DNA of 64,000 nt from a bacterium (GTDB taxonomy: Bacteria; SAR324; XYD2-FULL-50-16; G965216635). Below are positions 1 through 9,475 of this stretch, in pieces (position 1 is the stretch's first letter; each line of letters starts with the position of its first letter). The position numbers were made by a program, and so were the translations under genes. Location: positions 991,058 to 1,055,057 of the forward strand of contig OZ244188.1 in the NCBI GenBank assembly GCA_965216635.1, written 5' to 3'. Below the pieces are notes generated by a model. The model made no database searches. It was not told where the DNA came from and saw only the letters and a list, made by a program, of their open reading frames with translations.

Positions 1-374
1 AAAAAAACAAATCCTGCATAAATACTCACACCTTTTCCTCCTTTAAATCGCAGTTGTGGAGGATAAGAATGCCCTAAAATACAAAAAAAAAAACCAATCA
101 GACTCACTTCCGCTAAACCCAAACCCATATTTGTATCATAGAGAAAAGGCAGCCAATACGGCAACCAGTATAAACAGGCACCTTTAAGAAAATCTATACA
201 AAATATCAACACAAAACCTAGTTTTCCATAGATTCTGCCTACATTTCTAGCCCCAGCTGTTCCTGAATGGACTGTACGAATATCTTTTTTCCCCAACAAC
301 CTCACAAAGTAATAGGAGCTATTCAAAGCACCTAGTAGATAAGAAAATATAAAAAACAAACCTGTAGTTACCAT
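1..374 (-). CDS. plsY: Glycerol-3-phosphate acyltransferase PlsY (runs off window edge)
   Basis: Manual translation from ATG at 374: YLLGA...DIRTVHSGTAGARNVGR...DFLKG...GHSYP...FKGGKGV motifs; not in the ORF track because truncated. Confidence 0.9.
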   Translation of the reverse strand, partial: MVTTGLFFIFSYLLGALNSSYYFVRLLGKKDIRTVHSGTAGARNVGRIYGKLGFVLIFCIDFLKGACLYWLPYWLPFLYDTNMGLGLAEVSLIGFFFCILGHSYPPQLRFKGGKGVSIYAGFVF

Positions 375-384
375 ATATTATTGT

Positions 385-599
385 GAGATCTTTGAATTAG
401 TTGTTGTATTCGTCGTTTAATCTATTGGGGTTATGCAGCGGTGTTTCAAGTTTTTTATTTCTCAAAATACTTGAGACTGTTTCGCAAGACGATATTTTAG
501 TTCTTTTATCACCAGTCTAACCACTGGGGGTAAAAAATTTTTGTGCCTTGTCTAGCTTTCCTAGCCATCTTTGTCCTATTTGGCTAATTCAACAGTCTC
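385..599. mobile_element. Palindromic intergenic element (MITE/RPE-like), copy 1
   Basis: GAGATCTTTGAATTAG ... CTAATTCAACAGTCTC inverted ends; right end contains the stop codon of the mutase gene. Confidence 0.7.
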
Positions 600-2334
600 T
601 TGGGTTTTTTACTTTTAAAGAGTGGATAAGAAAAAGTTGTATTTCTTCTAGTAAAATAGAAAGTTTTTCCTCCCATTTTTTATGTCCTCTCAAATAAAGA
701 GAAGTTTTATCTTCTGTGCCTGAATTTCTAATAAAAACAGCCGCTTGGGTAGATTCTTGTTGTTGAATAGTCCAATAGTGCAAGTCAGGTTGATTCGCAA
801 AATTTTCTTTTTTAATCTTTAAAGACGCAAGGTTTAGTTTTTGAAATTGCTTTATTACAAAATGATGCAACGACAACGAAAATTCCTTATTGTGCAACAT
901 TTTTTTATTGACTTCATATATGGCTAAATTTTTTAAAATTCCAATAGGATATTGATTTTGTAGTTTCTGAAAAAATTCTTTTGTAGGAGTATTGCCACAA
1001 GTTGAAAAAATACTAGGCAGACTTTTTAGAGCAGTCAAAATACCATTCCCTGTAAAAAACAATCGCTTTCTTTTGAAAATAGTAACCTTAGAAGTATTTT
1101 CGCCTCCTTTCCTAATTTTTATATAGGTAGGAAAAATAAAATGGCCCGAGTCCTCGTAGCCCAACTGAAAAGCATCTCCCATTTCGTTCGCTTTTTGCAG
1201 TAGCCATCTATCTCCTATAGGTGAAATGGTTTGTCGCCAACCTTGATTTTCTGCAAAAATTTTTATTTGTAAATCACTTTCTATCGTATTATAAAAATTC
1301 ACTGTTTTCCCTTTTTTTTCTAAATCACACAAAAAGTGAATTGCTAAACTATCGCCTGTTAGTATTTGAATTTTTTTAGCATAAGTATCGTATTCCGCTC
1401 GCATAAATCTATCTCCATCACCATCAAAAATAAATCCTGTAAGAAATAGCTCCCCCTTATCTACTTTTATATTATTCTCTGCTTCTGCAAACATTTTTAT
1501 AAATAACTGATGATTAGCAAAAACTCCCCCTACATTAATATCATTCACTAAAATTTCTTTTCTTCCTTCTAAATCAGTTACTCCGCAGTGATGGTTGATT
1601 CTACCTTTAGTATTTAAAAAAACAATTTTATGAAATTTAAAAAACTTAAAAACTTTTTCTACTGTTTCAGTAACTGCTCCATTTGCACAATCCACCATTA
1701 AAATAGTCTTAGAAAAAATTTTATCTTTTTTCATCTGCTTGCAGAGATTACGAGTAAATTGCCTGATTGCTTTATCTTTCAAACTTTTCTGAGGTTTAGA
1801 AAAAAGTTTTTTTCTGTGAGGCAAATCAGGAAGAGGGTAAGGTAGTTCTTGGAGGAGTTGGCTAAACTTTGCTTCTTGCTCGGGTAGCATTTTCATAGCT
1901 TTTTGTGGTAAAAAAATTTTGATTCCATTTTGATTATCTGGATTGTGCGAAGCAGTAAGCATCAAGGCTCCAGATCTACCTCGTTTCACAAGATAAAAAG
2001 CCAACGCAGGAGTAGGCACTATATCTAAAAATCTCAGGCTCATACCTGCTTTTTGAATACCATTTAAACAGGCTTGAGTATAATAAAAATCTGTATCCCT
2101 TGTATCTCTGCCTACCATAATAAAATCTCCGTATCGGGCTAGCTTTTCTTTCAGAAGATATTTACAAAAACCATAAGCGTAAAGTTCAAAAAATTCTGGT
2201 ATAAGAATATTTTTTTCCAAAAAAATTTTAATCGGGTCCCTTTTTCCTATCTCACCTGCTGAAAGTGGTACTCGTTCAATATAACCTCTAACTCCATCTG
2301 TGCCTTGTAGTATTTTAACCATTCTGTATTTCAT
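589..2334 (-). CDS. glmM: Phosphohexomutase, phosphoglucosamine mutase-like
   Basis: GTDG, TASHNP (phosphoserine), DGDGDR (metal loop), GYEDSGH and RNSGTE motifs; longer than typical GlmM, substrate not certain. Confidence 0.65.
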   Translation of the reverse strand: MKYRMVKILQGTDGVRGYIERVPLSAGEIGKRDPIKIFLEKNILIPEFFELYAYGFCKYLLKEKLARYGDFIMVGRDTRDTDFYYTQACLNGIQKAGMSLRFLDIVPTPALAFYLVKRGRSGALMLTASHNPDNQNGIKIFLPQKAMKMLPEQEAKFSQLLQELPYPLPDLPHRKKLFSKPQKSLKDKAIRQFTRNLCKQMKKDKIFSKTILMVDCANGAVTETVEKVFKFFKFHKIVFLNTKGRINHHCGVTDLEGRKEILVNDINVGGVFANHQLFIKMFAEAENNIKVDKGELFLTGFIFDGDGDRFMRAEYDTYAKKIQILTGDSLAIHFLCDLEKKGKTVNFYNTIESDLQIKIFAENQGWRQTISPIGDRWLLQKANEMGDAFQLGYEDSGHFIFPTYIKIRKGGENTSKVTIFKRKRLFFTGNGILTALKSLPSIFSTCGNTPTKEFFQKLQNQYPIGILKNLAIYEVNKKMLHNKEFSLSLHHFVIKQFQKLNLASLKIKKENFANQPDLHYWTIQQQESTQAAVFIRNSGTEDKTSLYLRGHKKWEEKLSILLEEIQLFLIHSLKVKNPRDC

Positions 2335-2388
2335 AGACTTTTGAATTCGCCTTGTCTAGCCGTCACATCAGCGAAATTCAAAGGTCTA
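2334..2388. mobile_element. Minimal palindromic element (ends plus short core)
   Basis: TAGACTTTTGAATTCG...CAGCGAAATTCAAAGGTCTA; touches the glmM start and thiN stop. Confidence 0.75.
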
Positions 2389-3033
2389 GTCTATTTCATT
2401 TAGTTTATGTTCCAAAAATATAATCAACATCCCTCTCTTCCAATATAACTTAACAGGTGTTTTTTTTACTCTATTAGAAATACTAACACAACCTCCAAAG
2501 TCTAAGTTTTCACCTAATAGCTCGTATTCTAAACCTTCGCTAGACAATTTTTCTACCCTACCAAATAAAGGAAAAAAAGAAATACGACTTCCTGTTTTTG
2601 CTGTTATTACTTTTTCCTTGAACGCTAACTCTATAGATTCACTTGGAGTCCAAAAGCAGATTTTTTGAAAATCTGTATAATATAACTTTAATATACTAAT
2701 ATTAAAAAGTAAATGGTCTACACGCGAGCCTACCAAACCTAAAACGTTCACTTCTTCCACTAATTTTTTTTTAAGATAATTTAAAGTTTTTTGAAAATCT
2801 GTAGTGTCTTGATTGTATTCTTGCACAATCCTATTTTTTTTTATATTCTCTGGAAGTTGCTCTTTATCAAGAGAATCCATATCTCCTATAACGAAATCTG
2901 GAGTGAATCCAGCATCAGAAACAAAATGAAAGCTTCCATCAGTGCAAATGCAAACATCACTTTTATTCCAAAAATAGGCTAGTAACTGACGAGAAACTGG
3001 ATAACCATTTAAAATTACTAGCGCTTTTTTCAT
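2386..3033 (-). CDS. thiN: Thiamine diphosphokinase
   Basis: ILNG...CTDG...GDMDS...QDTTDFQK...GSRVDH...SISN motifs; start moved to ATG 3033. Confidence 0.9.
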   Translation of the reverse strand: MKKALVILNGYPVSRQLLAYFWNKSDVCICTDGSFHFVSDAGFTPDFVIGDMDSLDKEQLPENIKKNRIVQEYNQDTTDFQKTLNYLKKKLVEEVNVLGLVGSRVDHLLFNISILKLYYTDFQKICFWTPSESIELAFKEKVITAKTGSRISFFPLFGRVEKLSSEGLEYELLGENLDFGGCVSISNRVKKTPVKLYWKRGMLIIFLEHKLNEID

Positions 3034-3087
3034 CTTTTTATTATACAAAAATTATTGCATTATGTCTGTTTCAGAGGCAATATTTTA

Positions 3088-3352
3088 TAGACTATCGTAT
3101 TTGCATTCTGTTTAGCCAAAACAAACGTTGAAAAAAATTTTTAACTCTTAAAATATCGTAGTGAAAAATACTACAAAATTTGCATAATCCAAAAAAGAAA
3201 TGTAAAAGAGCCAGTGGCTCTTTTACTATAACCCTTATTTTGTGTTAAGCAGTAAGAGAGCATTCCCGCGAGCTAAAATTTTTTTTCGCAGCTGTTCTAA
3301 CCATTTGGCTAGCCCCAATAATAAAATAAGCATCAGCGAAATTCAAAGGTCT
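3088..3352. mobile_element. Palindromic intergenic element
   Basis: TAGACTATCGTATTTGCATTCTGTTTAGCC ... GCATCAGCGAAATTCAAAGGTCT with internal hairpin GTAAAAGAGCCAGTGGCTCTTTTAC. Confidence 0.75.
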
Positions 3353-3375
3353 TATTGACTATAAACTTACTAAAA

Positions 3376-4470
3376 ATGTACACATATCACCCCCAAAAAA
3401 TAGTCGTAGATAGCGAAGTTTTAGAACTCCCTTTCACAAACAAAGTATTATCAAAATTTCCAAAAATTCAACCCAGAGTTGTTAATCGCCAAGAATACCA
3501 AAAAGAAATATTAAATTCCACACCTACACTGAGTAAAGGGAAAAAAACACTTTACCTCAAAAGATTTTTAGGCAGCCCAGTAAAACTTTGCCCCGGTTTT
3601 TCTATAAATGCTGTTTGTTGTAACTACTACACTTTGGACTTTATAGAAAACTGTCCTTTGGAATGTAGTTATTGTATCCTGCAAGCAATACACAACCAAC
3701 CCAATATTATATTACACGCCAATATAGAAGAAATTTTACAAAATATAGCTCTTGTAATTAGCAAAAGGCCTCAAATGCAATTTTCTATAGGTACAGGAGA
3801 GCATTCCGATAGTTTAGCTCTGGACTCTATCTTTGAATTGAACCCTGTATTAGTAGATTTTTTCTCACAATTTTCTAATGCTCGTCTAGAATTAAAAACA
3901 AAAACCGATGCCATTGAGCCCTTGCTGACTTTAAACCATAAAGGCAACACCGTTGTTTCTTGGTCTCTTAATACAGAATATATCAGCCGCAAAGAAGAAC
4001 ACAAGACAGCAAGCGCAAAAAATAGAATTCTAGCTGCAAAAAAATTAGCAGCAGTGGGTTATCCAGTAGGTTTTCATTTTGACCCTCTTATCTATTATGA
4101 AAATTGGCAAAAAGGCTACAGTCAAATTATAGATTTCTTAGCAGAAAAAATAAACCAAGAAAAAATAGCTTGGATTAGTATCGGTACTTTAAGGTATATT
4201 CCAAAGCTAAAAAAAATTGCCGAAGAAAGATTTCCAAAAATGGATTTGTTTTGTTCTGAATTTGCTCCCACTGCCGATGGAAAAATGAAATATATTCGCC
4301 CCATCCGAGAAACACTCTGTGGATTTGTATCTGACTTGCTGAAACAAAAATTTCCTAAAGTGCCTCGCTATCTTTGTATGGAGCAAGGTCATATTTGGGA
4401 AAAAACAATGGATTATTTACCAAAAAATCCGCACCAGATGGAACAGAAAATTCGTTCGCGTGTTTTTTAG
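3376..4470 (+). CDS. Radical SAM protein, spore photoproduct lyase (SplB)-like
   Basis: CPGF...VCCNY...NCPLECSYC, GTGEHSDSL, ELKTK, SWSLN, HFDP, SIGTLR motifs. Confidence 0.85.
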   Translation: MYTYHPQKIVVDSEVLELPFTNKVLSKFPKIQPRVVNRQEYQKEILNSTPTLSKGKKTLYLKRFLGSPVKLCPGFSINAVCCNYYTLDFIENCPLECSYCILQAIHNQPNIILHANIEEILQNIALVISKRPQMQFSIGTGEHSDSLALDSIFELNPVLVDFFSQFSNARLELKTKTDAIEPLLTLNHKGNTVVSWSLNTEYISRKEEHKTASAKNRILAAKKLAAVGYPVGFHFDPLIYYENWQKGYSQIIDFLAEKINQEKIAWISIGTLRYIPKLKKIAEERFPKMDLFCSEFAPTADGKMKYIRPIRETLCGFVSDLLKQKFPKVPRYLCMEQGHIWEKTMDYLPKNPHQMEQKIRSRVF

Positions 4471-4490
4471 TTATTTCTTTTTTTTGATTT

Positions 4491-4913
4491 ATGCTTTTTA
4501 AAATTTACATAGATGAATCAGGAGATGAACCTCCAGAAATAATTTTTTCTAATAGAAAACAGTTGAAATTAAATAATTTTATAAATTATTTAAATCATTT
4601 AAAAAATTTAGAAAAAAAAAGTTCAATTCAGTGGGATTTTTTAAAAATAGATTCTAATCATATCAATTCAGCATCAGCCAATCAATTGGTGGGATTGCAA
4701 TTTGCAGATTGTTTTGCAACTGCATTTAGAAATTATGGATTTGAGATCAATAGTTTTGGAGCAGTTGAAACTAGCTACGTTCAAATTTTAAAACCGCTTG
4801 TTTATCATCAAAATAATAACTACAAATCTAATGGGCTTAAAATTTTAGGAAATACAACAAAATGTTGCGAAGAAACAAAGAATTTATTGAAATTTTACAA
4901 TATTGAAGTGTAA
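4491..4913 (+). pseudogene. DUF3800-family (RNase H-like) gene with apparent internal deletion
   Basis: YIDESGD at the N-terminus joined directly to IIFSNR...GLQFAD...GLK C-terminal block; only 140 aa. Confidence 0.7.
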
Positions 4914-4929
4914 AGTATAGAGAAAAGAG

Positions 4930-5010
4930 AGGAGGGCTAGTCCCTAGAGTGAGTTTCCTGCCCACTAAAGACAGGCTGCGTCCCTTCAGACGCCACACTT
5001 TAGCCTAGCG
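4930..5010 (+). ncRNA. Candidate structured RNA downstream of DUF3800 gene
   Basis: GC-rich island; stems GGCTA/TAGCC, AGTG/CACT, GCGTC-ccttca-GACGC and possible pseudoknot CCTG/CAGG; DUF3800-associated RNA motifs are known. Confidence 0.55.
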
Positions 5011-5081
5011 CATACTAACCCAGTTAACAATATGGATACTTTTTTATATTTTGTCAAGTTTAGTATTCTAATTTTTTTTTC

Positions 5082-6500
5082 CTAAAAACTCAAGTGCAGG
5101 GAGAGGCTGATGACGAGTGGTGCTTTGAGCTCGGCATCTGTTTCTGTGGTTGTGGTTGTCTGAGTTTTTGATTCTTCTGCTGGAGTTAGGATTTTGTTTA
5201 TATATACAGTTCTGCTGCGGACTTGAGTCACTGGTGTTCTATAATCATTAATGAATACTCCAGAATCATTTACAAAGTATCTTGCGTGAATATATATCCC
5301 TGCAGTAGATATGCCCCTGATACCAAACACTGCTGAATCACCGCTTGCAGTCTGTGTTTCTTGAAAAGAGCGTAACACCATGGGAGTAGTATTAGCATTA
5401 GCAGTAGTAGTATTATTAGTAGTAACACTGTTTTTTAGAGAAACTCCCGAAATATACTTCGTCAAGCCAAAATTAAGCGATAGGTTGGGGGTTAATTTCT
5501 GCTTATAGCCGACTTGAAGCACGGGACTAGTAGCAGAGGCGCTGGTTGAACCGTTGGCAGAATTGGTAAGCTTCATACTCGCTAGACCGCCTCCTACAAA
5601 AAGACCCTTGTTGACAAAATAATCCGCCATAACTAGCGTATTGGCGAGCTCGTTAGCTCCCCCCTTGCCAGTAAAGTGAGTCAAGGAGGCTCTCCATTTT
5701 TCCCACCTAAAGCCGAATTGCAGACCAATACCAGAAAGTTGATCGCTCTTGCTACTAGGGATTGCTGTTGGATCCGCAGGTACAGAAGTTGGAGTTGGAT
5801 CTGAATCTGGAGTCGCAATCTGATATTCTTTAATTTTCATTCTGTCGGAGGAAAGATCTCCGAAAAAGTAAGTGAAACAATAATTAGTGTCTCGTCCATT
5901 ATTTCCTACTCCCGTAGGAAATCTATTGTCTATCGTGGGTCCGTCACCTGTGGTGGTCACAATAGTTCCTTGACCTTTACTCGTGCCTGCATCAAAAGAC
6001 TCCAGATAGAAAGAGGAATACTCATAAGTTATACCATCCGCTGTAACCGATGTGACTCCTGTTTCACAACTCTCTTTAAAAAGAGTTCCTATTCCGTTAT
6101 AATGAAAACTACCACTAATCTGATTATTATAAAAATAGTTATCTACAGATGCTTCTATTCTAGAGTTTGTTGCTCCATAGCCGCTATTGCCACGATCTAC
6201 ATCAATTCTATAGCCTGTAGTAGAGTCTGTGATGGTTGTGCTATTTGTGGTGACAAGTGTTGTGGTATCTACTTTAAAACCATTCAGATAGACAAAACCA
6301 GCGAAAAATCCCTGCTTGCTGCTACCATTCGCCTGTGCTTGCAGCTTGCTGCCTCCAAAAGTAAAGGCGCTTCCTATAAGAAGAGCGGGAACAAGAATAG
6401 CTACCAAAACGAAATGAGCCAAAGTAAAACGAGCCAAAACGAAACGAGCCAGCGAAAAAGCGAAAGTTTTCCTTAAAACTTGGGAATTTATGTTTTTCAT
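5082..6500 (-). CDS. Outer-membrane beta-barrel protein with large Thr/Ser-rich loops (paralogue 1)
   Basis: Long signal peptide, amphipathic strands (GIGLQFGFRW, DYFVNKGLFVGGG, VLQVGY), C-terminal SLSLHLSF; start moved to ATG 6500. Confidence 0.75.
   Translation of the reverse strand: MKNINSQVLRKTFAFSLARFVLARFTLAHFVLVAILVPALLIGSAFTFGGSKLQAQANGSSKQGFFAGFVYLNGFKVDTTTLVTTNSTTITDSTTGYRIDVDRGNSGYGATNSRIEASVDNYFYNNQISGSFHYNGIGTLFKESCETGVTSVTADGITYEYSSFYLESFDAGTSKGQGTIVTTTGDGPTIDNRFPTGVGNNGRDTNYCFTYFFGDLSSDRMKIKEYQIATPDSDPTPTSVPADPTAIPSSKSDQLSGIGLQFGFRWEKWRASLTHFTGKGGANELANTLVMADYFVNKGLFVGGGLASMKLTNSANGSTSASATSPVLQVGYKQKLTPNLSLNFGLTKYISGVSLKNSVTTNNTTTANANTTPMVLRSFQETQTASGDSAVFGIRGISTAGIYIHARYFVNDSGVFINDYRTPVTQVRSRTVYINKILTPAEESKTQTTTTTETDAELKAPLVISLSLHLSF
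6406..6450 (-). repeat. 3x15-bp repeat in OMP1 signal peptide (F-x-L-A-R/H)
   Basis: AAAACGAAATGAGCC / AAAGTAAAACGAGCC / AAAACGAAACGAGCC. Confidence 0.7.
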
Positions 6501-6546
6501 AATCGTGTAAATAATTAAATTTAGGTTAAATAACAAAACTTCATAA

Positions 6547-6660
6547 AGAATTGCAGAAAAAAACAATTTAGTCAATATATTTTTTTGGCTATTGACATCT
6601 TTTTATTTTTACTGCTCATTCTTTATAAAGAAGAATTGCAGAAAAAAAAATTCTTGTCAA
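6547..6660 (-). promoter_or_regulatory. Tandem duplicated promoter-like motif for OMP1
   Basis: TTGACA-17-AATTCT (6660-6632) and TTGACT-17-AATTCT (6575-6547), 85 bp apart, spacers contain T9 and T7 tracts. Confidence 0.5.
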
Positions 6661-6833
6661 TATTCTATTGGCTATTAGCAGTTTTTTTATTTTTTCTGCT
6701 TATTTTTTATAGAAGAATCCTTTTTTGTCAAGCTAGCACTAAGTTTATTTTGGAAAATTATACGCTTTAAAAAACAAACAAAGCTTAAAAACTATATTTT
6801 TCTGTTGAAAAACAAAGCAATTTAAGATAATTT

Positions 6834-6878
6834 GAGAACTTTGCCAACTAAAAATTAGAACGCTAATTCAAAGGTCTA
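6834..6878. mobile_element. Minimal palindromic element
   Basis: GAGAACTTTGCC...GAACGCTAATTCAAAGGTCTA. Confidence 0.65.
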
Positions 6879-6999
6879 CCTAATTCTCTGAGTTTAAAAA
6901 ATTTCTGTTTTTTACCACAGCCTAAAATAAACCTTGAGTTTTATTGTAATTTTTTATAAAGTTGGAGTTTTTAAAGTTCTATAAAGACATAAAGATATA

Positions 7000-7284
7000 A
7001 TGATAAAAAAAATAATCGTGGCGGCAAAATGGGATGCTGAGGCTAGTGTTTGGATTGCCACCAGTAAAGACTTGCCTGAACTAATTACTGAAGCATCAAA
7101 CCCTACTGAATTGGAGAAAAAACTAAAAATTATGATACCAGAAATATTGGAAATGAGAGAAGAAGATGAAAAACTATCTAATCTCACTTGTAATTTTGTG
7201 GCAAATAGGGCTAGAGACGTTAATATTCCTATTGAACTACTTCTACAAAAATCAATCTTCGCAAAAATCACTGCAACAATTTAA
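7000..7284 (+). CDS. DUF1902 / HicB-like antitoxin
   Basis: AKWDAEASVWIATSKDLPELITEA pattern typical of DUF1902. Confidence 0.75.
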   Translation: MIKKIIVAAKWDAEASVWIATSKDLPELITEASNPTELEKKLKIMIPEILEMREEDEKLSNLTCNFVANRARDVNIPIELLLQKSIFAKITATI

Positions 7285-7306
7285 TATCGGAGTTAAAGTA
7301 TAAATA

Positions 7307-7383
7307 ATGGATGGCTACTCCAAAAAATTAAAAAAAATACTGATGATATACTAAAAAGATTTGGAATAAAATATAAATTTTAA
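7307..7383 (+). pseudogene. Internally deleted, frameshifted HicA-like toxin remnant
   Basis: MDGYSKKLKKIL in one frame and DILKRFGIKYKF* in another match the two termini of DUF1902-linked HicA proteins. Confidence 0.55.
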
Positions 7384-7447
7384 CCTATTGAGCTCTCCAC
7401 AAACAAACCTTTTTTCCTTTACTTTAGCGAATTTTTTTTATAAAACT

Positions 7448-8206
7448 ATGGATAATTCTTGGATTTTAGAAGCCAACCGATTACAGCAAGAAAATCACGA
7501 TTTTGTGATTGTAACTATTGCACAAACCAATGGTTCTACTCCTAGAAACGAGGGGAGTAAAATGCTAGTTACAGAAAAAGGGCAGTTTAAATCTATCGGA
7601 GGGGGTAAACTAGAATTAGAAGCTACTAAACTAGCGAGAGAAATGTTACAAACCAAAGACAGTGCGAGTAATCTAAAAACTATCTCGCTAGGGGCTAGCT
7701 TAGGACAATGCTGTGGTGGGCAAATAACCTTATTTTTAGAAAAATGTTCGTCAGAAATCATCCATATAGCTCTTTTCGGTGGAGGACATGTAGGACAAGC
7801 GTTATTACTGATTTTAGAACAACTTCCCTACAAAATAACCCTTGTAGAATCAAGAAAAGAATTTTCTCAAGAAACTTCTAAAAAAAAAACTATTATTTTA
7901 AGCGAACATCCTGCTGACGAAGTAGAAAATTTTTTACCCAAAACCTATTACTTAATTATGACCCATAGCCATGCGCAAGACCTTGCTATTTGTGAAGCCA
8001 TAATAAAAAGAAAAGATTTTGCTTATCTAGGAATTATAGGATCCAAAAAAAAATCCTTGCGCTTCCAAAACCATCTTTTGAAAAAAGGATACCCTGAATC
8101 CTTGATTAAAAAAATTTTTTGTCCTATAGGATTAACTATAAGAAATAACAAACAACCAATGGAAATTGCTGTTTCTATTGCAGCTCAATTGATTGAAACA
8201 ATATAA
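7448..8206 (+). CDS. xdhC: Xanthine dehydrogenase accessory protein XdhC
   Basis: GSTPRNEGSKM, SIGGGKLE, LGASLGQCCGG, FGGGHVG, MTHSHAQD, GIIGS, CPIG motifs. Confidence 0.9.
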   Translation: MDNSWILEANRLQQENHDFVIVTIAQTNGSTPRNEGSKMLVTEKGQFKSIGGGKLELEATKLAREMLQTKDSASNLKTISLGASLGQCCGGQITLFLEKCSSEIIHIALFGGGHVGQALLLILEQLPYKITLVESRKEFSQETSKKKTIILSEHPADEVENFLPKTYYLIMTHSHAQDLAICEAIIKRKDFAYLGIIGSKKKSLRFQNHLLKKGYPESLIKKIFCPIGLTIRNNKQPMEIAVSIAAQLIETI

Positions 8207-8221
8207 AATATCACTCGGCAA

Positions 8222-9283
8222 ATGAAACAAAAAACAGCCCTCATTACTGGAATAACAGGACAAGATGGTTCTTATCTGGCAGATTTTTTATTAACAAAAA
8301 ATTATAAAGTGCACGGTATGATCCGCAGAAGTTCTACCATCAATAATTGGAGAATTGAGCATTTATTTTTAGATAAAAAAATATACAATTCACAATTATT
8401 TTTACACTATGGAGATGTGACCGACGCTATTTCCTTGCAAAATTTAATAAAAAAAACACTCCCTGATGAAATTTACAGCCTAGCAGCGCAAAGCCATGTA
8501 AAAATATCTTTTGAAATCCCAGAAATTACCGCCCAAATTGATGCAATCTCCACTCTGAAAATACTAGAGATTGTCCGTAGTTTAGGATTGAAAACAAAAA
8601 TTTATCAAGCCTCTACTTCTGAACTCTACGGAAAACAAATCACTCAGAAAGCTCAAAGCGAAACAACCGCTTTTCATCCTTACAGTCCTTATGCGATAGC
8701 CAAACTTTATAGCTATTGGATTATTAAAAACTATCGTGAAGCCTACAATTTATTTACTTGCAACGGAATACTTTTCAATCACGAAAGCGAAAGAAGAGGA
8801 TTTAACTTTGTAAGCAGAAAAATCACTATTGGACTTTCCAATATCAAATTGGGTTTGCAAAATTGTTTAGTATTAGGCAACTTAGAAGCCAAGAGAGATT
8901 GGGGCTACGCACCTGAATATGTGGAAGCAATGTGGTTGATGTTGCAACAAGAAAAAGCAGACGATTTTGTAATTGCTACAGGAGAAACTCATACTGTGCG
9001 GGAATTTATTGAAGTTTGCAGCAAAAAGCTAGAGATAGATTTAGAATGGCAGGGAAAAGGCATCCATGAAATCGGAATAGATAAAAAAACAGGAAAAACG
9101 ATTGTCAAGATAGACGCCAAATATTTCCGCCCCACAGAGGTCAATTTTCTTTTAGGAGACCCAAGCAAAGCCGAAAAAGAACTCGGATGGAAAGCAACAA
9201 CTACATTCCATACTTTAGCTAGTAAACTTATACAGCACGACTATAATTTAGCTAAAACGCAACAGGGAAAAATTTTGTATTAA
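8222..9283 (+). CDS. gmd: GDP-mannose 4,6-dehydratase
   Basis: ALITGITGQDGSYLA, LAAQSHV, YQASTSELYG, PYSPYAIAKLY, GILFNHES, FRPTEV. Confidence 0.97.
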   Translation: MKQKTALITGITGQDGSYLADFLLTKNYKVHGMIRRSSTINNWRIEHLFLDKKIYNSQLFLHYGDVTDAISLQNLIKKTLPDEIYSLAAQSHVKISFEIPEITAQIDAISTLKILEIVRSLGLKTKIYQASTSELYGKQITQKAQSETTAFHPYSPYAIAKLYSYWIIKNYREAYNLFTCNGILFNHESERRGFNFVSRKITIGLSNIKLGLQNCLVLGNLEAKRDWGYAPEYVEAMWLMLQQEKADDFVIATGETHTVREFIEVCSKKLEIDLEWQGKGIHEIGIDKKTGKTIVKIDAKYFRPTEVNFLLGDPSKAEKELGWKATTTFHTLASKLIQHDYNLAKTQQGKILY

Positions 9284-9294
9284 AAAATACTTAA

Positions 9295-9316
9295 GAGACT
9301 TTTGAATTAGTCTACG
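9295..9316. mobile_element. Solo end of palindromic element
   Basis: GAGACTTTGAATTAG just after the gmd stop; no matching right end recognised. Confidence 0.45.
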
Positions 9317-9475
9317 GGAATAGTGAAAATTTTCTTTAAAGGTGTTTCTTTAAAAAATAGAAACTTTTCATACGGCATAAAAAATTCTTTATTCCTACAA
9401 AAAACACTAAATTACATGGCTGGAAATATCTGTTATTTCATTTCCATCGGTTAACTTTTTTTCATAGTGTTTGGT

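Noticed and set aside
3034-3375. TPP riboswitch upstream of thiN
   Set aside because: No TPP aptamer consensus; the region is occupied by the palindromic element.
5970-6476. 168-aa plus-strand ORF
   Set aside because: Antisense shadow of the OMP gene with no recognisable motif.
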